DNA from: Mustelus asterias
Lineage: Eukaryota
Length of the DNA stretch: 64,000 bases
Assembly (NCBI RefSeq): GCF_964213995.1
Contig: NC_135802.1
Location: 130,324,001 to 130,388,000, forward strand
Direction: 5' to 3'
The notes beneath the pieces were generated by a model. The model saw only the letters and a list, made by a program, of their open reading frames with translations, did no database searches and was not told where the DNA came from. The position numbers were made by a program, and so were the translations under genes. This document shows, piece by piece, positions 22,766-35,647 of the stretch; position 1 is the stretch's first letter, and every line of letters starts with the position of its first letter.

Positions 22766-23269
22766 TCTCCCTCAGGGTGAGAACTCAGTTGGGGCCAGTG
22801 GGGTGGGCCCTGAGCATCGCGACAGGTTTGGTGCTTGGCGCAAAACCCATGTTTGACCGACGCCCAATTCTCTGGGCCACCATGACTCTCGCGAGAAGCT
22901 AGCAGCCCTGGAGAATCCCTCCCACATTTTTTAAAACAGCAGCAGCCCAGGTTTGTTAACCAGGACTGAGGAGGCCAGATAGCCAGTCAGGCAGCCTGAG
23001 CCAACAGCGAGGTCACAAGCTTATCTTGGGGGTGTGAGCTTGCGAAGAACAAACAAGGAGGGTAGGTGCTGACTGGCAATGGTCGAGGTGAGCACCCCTT
23101 CGCCTGGGCTGAGGAGGGTGGGCAGGCAAGCTAAGTATAAAAAAAAGGCAAGCCAATTTCTGACCAAGGCTAGGGGTCTAAGGAGGCCAGAGCCTGAGCC
23201 AACAGCAGCTTGCCTCAGGTGCAGGGGCCGTGGAGGAGGCACTGACGGTCACCGAGCGGAGCAATGGGT

Positions 23270-23413
23270 TATTATTTGCGAAGTACGATGAGTCAGGAAT
23301 ATTTGACAAGTTCAGTAATACTGACAGCTGAAAATGTGTCTTCACAAGGTTTCACCGATGTAAATGTCATTGATGATTTTATGAAGAAAAATTGTAGAAG
23401 GAAAACTATCTAA
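23270..23413 (+). pseudogene. hAT transposase C-terminal (dimerisation-region) relic
   Basis: Translates YYLRSTMSQEYLTSSVILTAENVSSQGFTDVNVIDDFMKKNCRRKTI*, matching the hAT/ZMYM1-type YLRSTMSQERL..L.IE...VIDDF.KK..RK terminus. Confidence 0.75.
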
Positions 23414-23499
23414 ATTGTCATGCTGATAAGAAATTAAGCAAGAAAATCTTAAAAATCAGTCCCTCTCATATTCTCTTGTTGAAATTCTGTTTTTCAGAA

Positions 23500-23850
23500 G
23501 GGCGACACGGTAGCACAGTGGTTAGCACTGCTGCTTCACAGCTCCAGGGTCCCAGGTTCGATTCCCGGCTCGGGTCACTGTCTGTGTGGAGCTTGCACAT
23601 TCTCCTCGTGTCTGCGTGGGTTTCCTCCGGGTGCTCCGGTTTCCTCCCACAGTCCAAAGATGTGCGAATTTAGGTTGATTGGCCAGGTTAAAAATTGCCC
23701 CCTTATAGTCCAGAGATGCGTAGGTTAGAGGGATTAGCAGGTAAAATATGTGGGGGTAGGGCCTGGGTGGGATTGTGGTCGGTGCAGACTCGATGGGCCG
23801 AATGGCCTCCTTCTGCACTGTAGGATTTCTATGATTTCTATGATTTCTAT
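23500..23850 (+). mobile_element. HE1-like SINE (young)
   Basis: Full head, core and (TTTCTATGA)n tail; near-identical to 32595-32945. Confidence 0.93.
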
Positions 23851-24264
23851 GGTCTGATATAATGGCTGCTGGTCACAAGCAGATAGTTCTGACCACCATC
23901 CCCCATCGCTCTCAAGACTGACATTCAGAAAGTCTCTTCTCGGACAAAGAACAGAATCCTGCCAGACAAGGCCATGCCACTGATATTGGACTTGGGCTCA
24001 CAGGAATCCACTGGATTTGAGTCATGTGCTGCCTTCATGTCATCAGCTGATTTTTCCAACTCATTGTTCATTGGCCAGTTCCAAGTTTCCTCAAGATTGC
24101 AAAATTGACTATCTTTACAGTCATTCTGAGAACAAGTAGGCTTGGATTTCAATTAATCAATTACAGGTGTGTTTTTATAAGTTAAAAAGCACTAAAGCAG
24201 GTAAGCAGTGATCAATTTGTGTATTCTTGTGGCTTGTGCCTTTGTATTCTGTGGCATGGGAGTA

Positions 24265-24407
24265 GGAAGTGACATCACGGAGGGTGAGGTGTGATGTCAT
24301 TAGGGGTGGGACATTATTTGACAGAAGGGGCGTGCCGTGATGTCATGTAGGGGTACTCCAGAAAAGAAGGTGAGCACAGGGCCCCCAAAAGTGTAAGTCT
24401 GTCACTG
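24265..24407 (+). mobile_element. right terminus of the hAT element (TIR and subterminal repeats)
   Basis: GGGCCCCCAAAAGTGTAAGTCTGTCACTG (reverse complement CAGTGACAGACTTACA..GGGGGCCC); repeated GTGACATCA/GTGATGTCA. Confidence 0.6.
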
Positions 24408-24469
24408 ACTGCAATCCAGCTTCACTGCACTACCCGCATCAATCCTCCTTGCTACTTCGTCAAATAATT

Positions 24470-25015
24470 CTATTATTTCGCCGAATAAAACCATGTTGAC
24501 TATCCTTGATCAATCCATGTCTTTCTAAGTGACAGTTTATCCTGCATCTCAGAATTGTTTCCAATAATTTTCCCTCCATCAAAGTCAGACAGACCGGCCT
24601 ATAGTTTTCCAGCCTATCCCTCGCACCCTTTTTAAATAATGGTACAACATTTGCAGACCTCCAATCCTCTGGGACCTCATCTGCATCTAGTGAGTATTGG
24701 AAAATGATCCCCAGAGCATCTGGTATTTCTTCCATGGTTTCCCTCAACAGCCTGGGATACAATCAATCTGGCCCTGGCGATTTATCCACCTTCAAGGATG
24801 CCAGTCCTTCCAGTCCTTCTTCTCTCACTATGCTTATCGTATCTAATATTTCACACTCCCCCTCTGATTGAGAACCCTGCCCACATCTTCTGCATCAACC
24901 CACAAGTTACGATGTACATCTCTGATAGGCACTATCTTTTCCTTAGTTATTCTCTGGCTCTTAACATACTGGTAAAAACATCTTGGGTTTTTTTTATTTT
25001 ACCTGCCAATATTTA
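24470..25015 (-). mobile_element. CR1 ORF2 internal fragment
   Basis: YPRLLRE..VPEDWRSANVVPLFKKG..NYRPVCLT..SQHGF. Confidence 0.9.
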
Positions 25016-25989
25016 AAGCGGTTGTAATGGCACTGGCTGCCTCAGGAAAAACCAATCTTGTAGTGGGGACCTCAAATGGACATTAGGCACCATATTTGCA
25101 TAGGTGTAGTTAAGAATACCTCTTGTTTGTCCATATCCAATACGGCAGGCAGAACCGTTCCCATTGAAAGTATACTCATGCTTCCTACCTACTATTTTTA
25201 GCACTTAGAAGGTTCATATCCCCTGATTAATGGGTGCCCTATGGCCCAAATTCTAGGTCATTAACAATTTTGAGGTGTGTACGATACTTGGTCCATTTGT
25301 TGTATAACTATGATATCCAATGGCTCTCTGCGAGCCTTTCTGTTTATACGTTAAGTATGAACCTATTCTATAAATATAAAACATTGCTTAAATTGTTAAA
25401 AACATGTATAAATAATGCCAGGTGGATTGATGTGATGTGATGCATGATAATTACCTGGAACTCCCGATGATGTGTTTTTTATTAGCAGTAATGGCTTGTC
25501 AACGTGTCATTTGTTCTGTAAAACATAATTTTCTACAATTAGTAAATGAGTTGGAATTTGCTGTCACCAGTTTGTTGTACCAGAATGAAAGACAGAGGGG
25601 AAATATTCAGAGTTAACACTGTCCTATGCCTGTTTCTTCATGGGCTGAGGCCTCCAGTCCTGTATAATACACAGGGGTAAAACTTGGTCAGCATCTGTCT
25701 TCATGCTGAGTGGTCACAATTCAGTATCCGTCCACACTGAGCAGCTGTGGGTGGTGTATATTTTGGTGCTGTCTCCTCATTTCAATAATTGCAATACTCA
25801 AAGCGACCAAAATGCTGACTGGCTGAACTTCAACAGGGGACCTATCACTATGCAAGGCTAGCGTGTGTTTCAGCCAGCCTGCAGCTCTTAAAGGCAGCTT
25901 ATCCCACTTAAGGGAGAGTTGTACAGAACAAAAAGAAGTTGCTGCTGACTGCCAGTACTGTTAGCAGCTGATGAAGCACCAAAGAAGGT

Positions 25990-26315
25990 ATGGTGACACA
26001 ATGGTTAGAACTGCTGCCTCTCAGCACAAGGGACCCGGGATCAATTCCAGCCTTAGGTGACTGTCTGTATGGAGTTTGCACGTTCTCCCAGTGTGTGTGT
26101 GGGTTTCCTCCCACAGTCCAAAGATGTGCAGGTTAAGTGGATTGGCCAAATCAAATTGCCCCTTAGTGTCCAAAGATGTGACGGTTAGTTGGACTAGCCC
26201 TGGTAAATGCACGGGATTATGGGGATAGGACGAGGGGTTGGGCCTGGGTAAGATGCTCTTTCAGAGAGTCGATGCAGACTTGATGGGCCAAATGACCTCC
26301 TTCTGCAATATCTAT
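25990..26315 (+). mobile_element. HE1-like SINE
   Basis: HE1 head and core. Confidence 0.85.
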
Positions 26316-27346
26316 GAGAGCAAGAGAGAGGGTTCCTGTTGAGTTCTTCAGTTTAGCCCAAAGGCATCAATTATACAAGGATTGGTAAGCAAGAATGAGA
26401 GTTCCTTATTTGAAGAGAAGACTATATAAATGCAGTGATAACTGGGAGCCAACGTAGATCACATCTAATCTGTAGGCCTGCTATTCAGTTCTGTCTACAG
26501 AGGACATGGGATTCTATATCACATCCTATCTCATCGTGGATAATGATGGACAGCATTATAAGATCTGTCCCTTAAAGGTACATCACAACATCCCCTTTTT
26601 ATAAAAGTTTTATTCTTAAAGAATAAAAAACTACATTGCATCAGGATAAAATTATCTTGTGTTTGAATATACTATCATACAAAACAATGAATTGAAAAGT
26701 GCCTGAACACATTAATGGTTTATTATGCAGCCAGACTTGGTCTTGGTGAACTTGGCTTGAAATTGTTATATGTTCTCATATTGCTGGTTATCAGAAAGGC
26801 TGCTGTATTGGGTTGTATTCTGTATTCTAATAGCAGTAGGGTTATTAGATATTTCTAGTTGTGGTGTTGATCTGATTGGGTATCTGTTTCTTCACACAGT
26901 TATGCCACTTGGTGTTCGTACTGATACAATCTCACCTCTGGGCATATACTGACGATTTCTGCTGCATTTTATGTGTCAGCGGTTGGGTATTGTGTTCAAA
27001 TTTTGTGTCTGAGGTTTAGTTTGGCTAATTTGCTTGCTGCACGCATATTGGTCATGGCATCTCTCATCCCGCCCTGTTTTTTATGAAGTTGGCTCTTACT
27101 GCTGGGTGTATTGAGGAGTGGTGAGTAGGAAGCATCATTCACACTTGTCTGCTGAGCAGTAATTCTGCAATAGTTCTCTGCAATAGGATGAAGTTTGGAA
27201 ATTTGGAGGGGGTATGTAGAATCGCGTTAGACTATGATATGTAACCTCCTGGCTGATAATCTGCGTTGCAGGTTTACATGGTCTCCCACTGTAAACATGG
27301 GTTTACATTCTAATGATGTTTCTTGTGGTCTCCGCCATTGTCTTGA

Positions 27347-27715
27347 TAATCATAGAATCCCTACAATGCAGAAGGAGGCTATTCGGCCCATCAGGTCTGC
27401 ACCGACTCTCCGATAGAGCTTTTTTTTTTACCCAGACCCCACCACCTGCCCTTTTCCCATAACCTTACCCATTTATCCCGCTAATTCCTCTAACCTACAC
27501 ACCTTTGGTCACTAAGAGGTAACTTAGCATGGCCAATCAACCTAACCTGCACATCTTTGGAGTGTGGGAGGAAACTGGAGCACTCAGAGGAAACCTACGC
27601 AGACACAGGGAGAAGGTGCAAACTCTACACAGATAGTGACCCAAGGTTGGAATTGAACCTGGGTTTCTGGTGCTGAGAGGCAGCAGTGCTAACCTCTGTG
27701 CCACCGTACCACCCA
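27347..27715 (-). mobile_element. HE1-like SINE nested in the Gypsy relic
   Basis: HE1 core and tail. Confidence 0.88.
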
Positions 27716-28535
27716 TACAACACCATGAATGGTGATCTAGGACAGGGCCCTGCTCGCTGGAAGGCCTGTACTTACTGGACCTGTTGTGTCCACAATATAA
27801 AATATCGGGGTGACCAAGGTGAGTTGTAGCGACACTCCAGTGTATTGAATCCTAAAGCAGAATCTGTGAGCCATTGTACTTGGTGAGTTTGGCAATAGTT
27901 GGTTGAACCATCACCTGTCACTTCTGTGTTTACATAGATTCCAATGCGCAAAGTGGAAAAATGTTTGTACCTGCACTAATATCCAGTTTTGCATGTAAGT
28001 TTTATTGTCCTTGCATCTGTGGGCATACAATTTGGATGCTAGCAACAGATTCTGGTGCTATCACTGTGCCAACACATTTCTTGATGTTCATTTTATGGAA
28101 TGTCTGCTCACTTTGTATATTGAGATTCAGATCATCATCTTCTGATGTTGGCCAAGCATGTTGTGGATCTTGTTTTGGCAATGTTTTGTATCTGCCCTTA
28201 ATCGGTTGGAATCCTATGACTGTCCGACCTTCAGTTGTGTCTTCTCATGATATCGAATCACATGCTCTGGGCTTTGCTTCCTGTATTGGTGATGCCTGTA
28301 TTCTTTGATGCCATGTGCCTTGCTTACATCTTTGAATGCTGGGCAATTTCTGGGTGCATGTGTGATGCTGTGACCCCTGCAATGCTTACTAGGCTTGCCT
28401 GCATCAGCTATGGCATCAACAGCGGACAATTTATGCATAGCCTGTCGACTGTACCCAGTACTAAGGCTTCATAGTTGCCTCTGCTTTGCAGTAGGACTTA
28501 TGCAGTTTGGGTTGGTCCAAGAGGTCTTTTTGGAA

Positions 28536-28680
28536 TAGAAACATAGAAATTAGAAGCAGGAGTAGGCCATTTGGCCCTATGAGCAATTCTCCACCATTCA
28601 GTTTGATCATAGCTGATCAAGGAATTCAATATCCTGATCCCCCCTTTCCCCCATATCCCTTGATCCCTTTAGCCCACGTT
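28536..28680 (-). mobile_element. CR1 3' end nested in the Gypsy relic
   Basis: TAGAAACATAGAAATTAGAAGCAGGAGTAGGCCATT. Confidence 0.7.
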
Positions 28681-29071
28681 TCGATGGGGGGGGAGATGCT
28701 CTCACAAGCTGGATTATTCAGTCGGTTAGCTCTACTGCCGTAAAGTCACAATCACACTCTGTGGGGGCGATTCTCCCAGCCTGCTATGCTCTGGCCTTCC
28801 ATGAGTTATTAGGTTGGAGACATTGTGGGGGTTCCCTGCAATGCTGGAGAGATTTCACAATCCTGATAAGATGGCCGATAACTGAATCATTTTTAATTGT
28901 TGTCTCATTGCTGCTGGATGGGTTGCCAGTAATGCACACACATTCCCTACCTCTGGAAAAAGCTGGAGGAGGTAGAAACATTTTGGCACATGTATCCAAT
29001 GGCTTTTTCTAAGTATTCCGATCCCCCCACCAACATTCCCATCTCCCAGAACTTGGGAAAATTCCTCTCTT

Positions 29072-29365
29072 TGGTGGCACCGTGGTTAGCACTGCTGCCT
29101 CAGGGACCCGGGCTCGATTCCTGGCTTGGGTTACTGCCTTTGGGGCATCTGCATGTTCTCCCCGTGTCTCCGTGGGTTTCCTCCAGGTGCTCCGGTTTCC
29201 TCCCACAGTCCGAAAGACGTGTTGGTTAGGTGCATTGGCCATGCTAAATTCTCTCTCAGTGTACCTGAACAGGCACAGGAGTGTGGCAACTAGGAAATTT
29301 TCACAGTAACTTCATTGTGGTGTTAATGTAAGCCTATTTGTGACTAATAAATAAATTTAAACTTT
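29072..29365 (+). mobile_element. HE1-like SINE, alternative tail
   Basis: HE1 head plus CAGTAACTTCATTG..GTAAGCCTA tail. Confidence 0.85.
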
Positions 29366-31799
29366 AATTTCTTGTAGACAAAGCTGGCAACTGCTAACAG
29401 AGAGAGAAGATAATGAGAGGAAGGGAGAGATTGATTCAGGTTTTCTTCCATTTGATTCAGTCATGATGATCTTGGGAAGGAATCGCATCAGAGTCCTGGC
29501 AAGTGACCAGGCTGAAGGACACATCCCACAGGCTTCTTGGCTATCTGTTTACTCTCTGCAATTTTATTCTCACAAGCTAAGAAGAACACTAAAGATCCCA
29601 ATTCAAGCATAGGATAAAGTAACTCTGACTTCAACTTTGAGGCAGGGATCGTATAAATCACGCCATTTTCAACAATGCCCACTCACTTTATTTTTATCAT
29701 GGTATAGTGGGGAAGGCTGGAGGCATGGCTACCACATTCTAAAGCAGGCCCGAGGCCTAAATGGAGATCGATACATACTGAGGTGGCCAAAAGACTCACC
29801 TTGATTCCCTGGGAGGTTGGCCCAGTTTTTATAGATGTGTGTGAAGTCCCCTAACCATCATCTCCCCTGGTCCCCTCAATCTATCCCCTTTACCCATCCA
29901 TGCCTCCATTTCCCCCATACCCTCTCATATCCCCATGCCCACTCGCCCTGTGTCCACTATGTATATAACTCTTGAGTCCTAGAATAACACTTGGAAATCT
30001 TTCAGATGCTCATGAAACTGTCAAAATAAACAAAGTCATTCAAAAATCACTTCAAAAATATCCTTTTAAGTGGTCATACAACTTTCAAAACAAATACCTC
30101 CCCCATCCCACCCTTGGTAGGTAGCTGTGACAACAACCCTGGGCCAAGCATGTATAATGAGACTCTATTTAATGACTATATCAACAACCCCTGCAGATTT
30201 GAATTCATTAGCAAGGTTTGGAACTTAGCCAAGTATTCATAATGAAATTCCATTGCAAGGCTGTATAAACAGAGTTGAATACATTAAAACCTTTGACGTC
30301 ATTGAAAGAGTTCAGCCATTTGTTTAACTTTTGGGGCAGGGGAAGATATGTCAGAGCCATCAGTCAATGAAAAGATTAAATCACAGGGGACCACTAACAC
30401 ATTCAAATCAGAATATTACTGTTGCTTAATATAACAGTGTACTTTATCCATTGGATTGTGTACCCTAATGCATCTGAACACCTTCCCACTGTTACTGTGC
30501 TGGTTAATGAAATGGTCACTTACTTTTTAAGAACAAAGCCCTATCATCAATTACTGCATTTAAAAATATCTAAATGACCATACCGCATTACATTATGACA
30601 TGTTGGTAACACCTTTTAAGCATAACTATCAAAATGTTCCTGACTCCAGACTACAATTTTCTAATGGTTCACAACAACTCTGAACTGCTTTGAACCACCT
30701 GTCGTTCAGAGGTCAGACCACTACTGTCAGAATTGCAGGAGCCTGAAATGCACACCCCTACACTAGGGTTGGCAAGGTCAGGACTGCTGTGTCTGGGTTT
30801 GCCACCCGCATCCTTATCCTGCACCACCAAAACTTGCCAATGCAGTGAAGGGGGTCAGAAATCTTGGATATGAATCCTGCCTGCCACATATGAATCCTGC
30901 TTGCTGCAAATCCAACATGGATGGAGGTATGAACATTTGGCCCATTGGATTGTTGGTTGTGTTCAGTTCAGGCAACCATCAGGGATGTCAATGTTCACCT
31001 TTATCAATATGGTGTCAGACACTCTTTATGTCCATTTTCATTGCTGGGCATCCAGCTGTGAAATTTGCGAGTCCAACAAAGAATTCAAGTTCGTAAAACC
31101 GATGGAACGTAAAGAAATGTTAACTCTATAGTTTTCACAGATTTTTGCTCAATATGCAAATATTTTTAACGACCTGTTTGAGGAGATGACAGAACCTCTG
31201 TATATGCCAGAGATATCAGAACGTTCACACTTCTAGTGTCAGTGAAGCTGACTGCTGCTGCCACCTTTTCTGCTATTGAAGCATGGTGTGCTGTTGTGTC
31301 AGTCACTTGCAATGATTTGCCGCCTCCACCACCTTTCTCAGGAGGCACCTCATTATCAGTTTCCCCTGCCTCACTGGCTGACATTGAGAATAAACTCAGT
31401 GTCCAGAGAATTGTGATTTCTCTAAGATATGGGGTGTTACTGACAATACCCCAAAGCACACCTGATGCAAGTGGGTGTATCGAACTGAACAGGAAAGGCT
31501 AAAATACACATGCCAATTCTTCTGGCAGCCAAAATTCATTGATCCTTTTGACAACCTGAAAGTGGGACAGAAAGTGATTGAGCCGCAGCAAGAGATTTGC
31601 GGCTGCCCCTGTGCTGCGACTAAAAGAGAAAAACTTGCATTTTTATGACACCTTTCACAACTTCAGTATATCCTGAAGGGTTTTGCAACCAATTGAATAC
31701 TTTTTGAAGTGATCACTAGAATATTATGAAGCTTTTTAGCACTAGTTCTCTGCTAAAGTGAGATTGTTTCAGCTCTCTGCATAAGTGAAAGTTTTTTGT

Positions 31800-32100
31800 G
31801 AAGTTTATTTATTAGTGTCACAAGCAGGCTTACATTAACACTGCAATGAAGTCACTGTGAAAATCCCCTAGTCGTCACACTCCGGCGCCTGTTCGGTTAC
31901 ACTGAGGGAGAATTTAGCATGGTCAATGCACCTAACCAGCACGTCTTTCGAACTATGGGAGGAAACCAGAGCACCCAGAGGAAATCTATGCAGACATGGG
32001 GAGAACATGCAGACTCCGCACAGACAGTGACCCAAGCTGGGAATCGAACCTGGGTTCCTGGCGCTGTAAGGCAGCAGTGTTGACCATTGTACCACCATGC
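31800..32100 (-). mobile_element. HE1-like SINE, alternative tail
   Basis: As 10697-11000. Confidence 0.88.
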
Positions 32101-32594
32101 CAGTACCAGTGTATGGTCATAGCACATCTTTTGTGCAGCATTATCTACCTGCCATCCCTTTGCCTGATCCTTTTCTTCCTACAAGCACTTCAGAGAGCTG
32201 GATTCCAATCAGCCGACCCTCTCTTGGTGAATGCTCGTTTGGGGGTATGAGATTGGAAATAGATTTCAAATAAATGGCACAAATTTTCATGCAGAGCTAC
32301 AAATGCTTAGTCGCGATAAAAGATAAAGGATGAAGAAAGGTATACCAGAAATGCACAGAAATAAAGCCAAATGAATCTCGTGAGCAGCCATTAAAGTTAC
32401 ATCTGTGAATAAAGTTCAGTGCCTAGCAATCCTGAACACAGAAGAATGGCTATGATGGCTTCACTGCATCAAGTTTCGTTAGCGGAGCGTTTGCAAAGGG
32501 CAGTGGCATTAAAACACACACTTTTAGTTGGTAGTTGCAGCACATATTGGGAAATCCTAAATAGGACAGGCCCACCATCTGCCCCACCTGTCTT

Positions 32595-32945
32595 AGAATC
32601 TTAGAAACCCTACAGCACAGAAAGAAGCCATTCGGCCCATCGAGTCTGCACCGACCACAATCCCACCCAGGCCCTACCCCCATATCCTTACATATTTTAC
32701 CTACTAATCCATCTAACCTACACATCCTAGGACACTAAGGGCAATTTTTTTTTTTAGCATGGCCAATCAACCTAACCCGCACATCTTTGGACTGTGGGAG
32801 GAAACCGGAGCACCCAGAGGAAACCCACGCAGACACGAGGAGAATGTGCAAACTCCACACAGACAGTGACCCGAGCCGGGAATCGAACCCAGGTCCCTGG
32901 AGCTGTGAAGCAGCAGTGCTAACCACTGTGCTACCGTGCCGCCCT
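32595..32945 (-). mobile_element. HE1-like SINE (young)
   Basis: Near-identical to 23500-23850. Confidence 0.93.
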
Positions 32946-35196
32946 GTGCTACCTGTCACCACCCAGTTTCACATCCAGGCCGAATGCAGCCATTCGGGTC
33001 CTCATTATCACATGCAAGAGATCAAACAACTCATTTTGGCAATCGTCAGGGACGCCTGTAAAATGTCTGACCCATTTTTGCATAGTCACCTTTTATACAT
33101 TATTGGGCAACCGGTCTCTGAAATTGGACCTCATTGTGTTTGTTGTCTGCTCATAAAAGGGGCACAGAGAGGTGCAATTTCTAACCACCCCCCAACTGCA
33201 CTGCCATTATGTCATCAACAGGTTGCTAATTGAGCTTGCAGGTGTGCTGAAGATCGTGTTTAAAATAAATCAAATAAAGAAAGGAAAATGTACTGGTAGT
33301 GCAAGGCATTAAGCTACCAACCATTTACTTGATCTCACATTCTGGGAAAATGAGGTTGAAAACTTTAGAGCCACATCTGTATTGATTTTAGCTACTAACT
33401 CCAATAGCCTGAGTCTCTGGTAACCGGATGAATTTTGAATTACTGGAGTTTATTAGATCAGGGAGACCAATTTTGCACTATGTCTTAGTGCCTGCCAGTC
33501 TAACTCTGGTCATGATAAATCTTGCACTGGCAGAGGAACCATCTACAAAGAGTTCCAGTGCCTGGGGCAGCAATGGCATGATGTGCTAAAGAAAGCCAAT
33601 GACATGTGGCAAGCCACTAACCTAATCTGATGGTGATGCTATGGGTCAATGTCATTGCATGCTTTTAGTGGCCTGGTTGCTATGGCAGAGAAGCTCATAT
33701 GTGGCCCTTTGAATACACCCCTGCCACTGAGAAACCTGTGGTGGGGGTGCGTCGTCGTCAGGTCCATGAGCATAAATAGCAGCGAGACTTTAACGTATAT
33801 TATTTAAAGAAATATGGACAAATGTTTGACGCATGTTTGGTCATGGGGAGAGCAATGAAATAAGTTGAGGTTGTTCTTCCAACAGCTGGCAGTGACTTGA
33901 TGGGCCAAATTCCCTCCTTCTGGTCCCAAGCTTCATTTTGTTTTGTGAATGAACAACTGAATCACATCTCAGCATCAAAGCCGATGGGCAATGTTTGCAT
34001 TTCTGGAGAACCCACAAGTGAAACTGAAAACTCCATGGATTGAGGTAGCAATTCATCTAAGCCTGCTTAGGGGCCCAGAATCCATGCTCTGAGACCAGCC
34101 ATGAAGCCCAAGACAGGGCCAAATTTGAGCCTTGGCCTCATTGCAATAATTTAGCTAGCTGTAGCAACTGTTGCGACTCTGCATGCTCTCATCATTGAAG
34201 AAATGAATATCAGGGCCATTCCCTCTCCGACAGCAGCTCAGAGCCACATCCCAGAGTAGGGCGTGATTGACCAGTAATGGGTGTGGGACTGACTGTGAAT
34301 GCTGTAGAGTTGAGGCAGGACTCTTGCTTCTCTTAGTTCCACACAATGGTTATCTTTTCAAAAGAAAATTCCTTAAATTTTGTTGCTGGCCAAATGGACT
34401 GCTGAAGAATGCAAGGCTGAGCAGCCCACCACATACTCCAGTGTAGCTCACCAATTTCAGCACGGAGACCTAAAACAGGCATTATACCCATCTTCTTTCC
34501 AAATGCAAAGAACTTGAGACCTGTTTTCCGAAGCTACCTGGACTGCCTACAAAGACTACCTAGATTAAAATGTCAGCTCCAGTAGTGGGACATTACATAC
34601 CAAAACTGATACTTAGTGCCTCCAGCTTCCACTTGATAAATAGGTGTAAAAAAAATCAATTTTTACCCCATTAAATGGGGATTTGTTTACATGTAAAGTA
34701 TATTGTACCTTGTCTCAATAAAATACTCTGGGCTATTGTGTCTGTATGGTTTCTTTCTTTCTGTAATTCCTTTGTTGGACCTTGGCAAATTAGCATCCTA
34801 TTTTACTACCCTGTAACAGAAGCTGCCAGGACAGTTCTGGGGAACTAATAGTGGGCCTGCAGGCTAACATAATCTCCTTGGCTTCCAAAAGAAAAAACAC
34901 TGTGTAACAATGAAGTTTTCCAAATTTCAATTCCTAGACAAGATGGTGTGATTACCTGGGGTGCCCGTCCAGAAGGACGCTCATGCAACGACACAATACA
35001 ATGATGGACATCTAAATATGATGATGACTGCCCTCCCCTTCCCAGCTCTCCCTGCAACTATTTTGCTGCTTCATTACCTTGTTCATGTCCTGCCAGAAGA
35101 CATTTCAGTTTTTGGGTCAACAAGGTTATTAAATCCAAAACGCTACAAATTGGCATTTGGTAAATTTTATATTGGAACTCAAGTCTGCCCAAACAC

Positions 35197-35290
35197 TAAA
35201 ATAAAAACAACTAATGCTGCAACTCAGGCAACATCTGTGGGAAGAAACGGAGTTAACTTTTTAGGTGGAATGACCTTTCATCAGAACTTT
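35197..35290 (-). mobile_element. Penelope-like fragment
   Basis: Minus strand AGTTCTGATGAAAGGTCATTCCACCTAAAAAGTTAAC..CCACAGATG. Confidence 0.5.
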
Positions 35291-35321
35291 GCTTCTGCCA
35301 AAATATTGTTACAAACTTGCT

Positions 35322-35647
35322 TTAGAATCATAGAGTCCTTACAGTGCAGAAGAGGCCATTTTACCCATCGAGCCTGCACCAACAATAATCCCGGCCAGGC
35401 CCTATCTTTGTAACCCGAAGTGATTACCCAGATAATCGCCCTGACACTAAGGGGCAATTTAGCATGGCCAATCCACCTAACCTGTACATCCTTGGACTGT
35501 GGAAGGAAACTGGAGCACCCGGAGGAAACCCACGCAGACACGGGGAGAACGTGCAAGCTCAACTCAGGCAGTCACCCAAGGCCGGAATCGAATCCGGGTG
35601 CCTGGTACTGTGAGGCAGCAGTGCTAACATTGTGTCACCATGCCGCT
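35322..35647 (-). mobile_element. HE1-like SINE
   Basis: HE1 core and tail. Confidence 0.9.

Larger units (their letters stand above)
26337..29020 (-). mobile_element. degenerate, internally deleted Gypsy-type LTR retrotransposon (3' LTR 26337-26590)
   Basis: LTR TGTTGAG...CACAACA with PPT AAAAAGGGGA abutting it on minus; gag knuckle-like HAPRNCPAF (~28350), protease LHAKLDISAGTNIFP (~27954-27998), FYIVDTTGP..GLP, integrase tail VRTPSG..RNR and KTKSG. Confidence 0.75.

Noticed and set aside
23925-24152. 75-aa minus-strand ORF with an acceptor-like TTCTCAG
   Set aside because: Lies within the hAT relic span; no homology or partner exons recognised
33500-33610. Possible further Myb/SANT relic (..VLKKANDM)
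   Set aside because: Too degraded to support
34961-35413. 150-aa ORF
   Set aside because: Runs through Penelope-like and SINE sequence; no domain recognised
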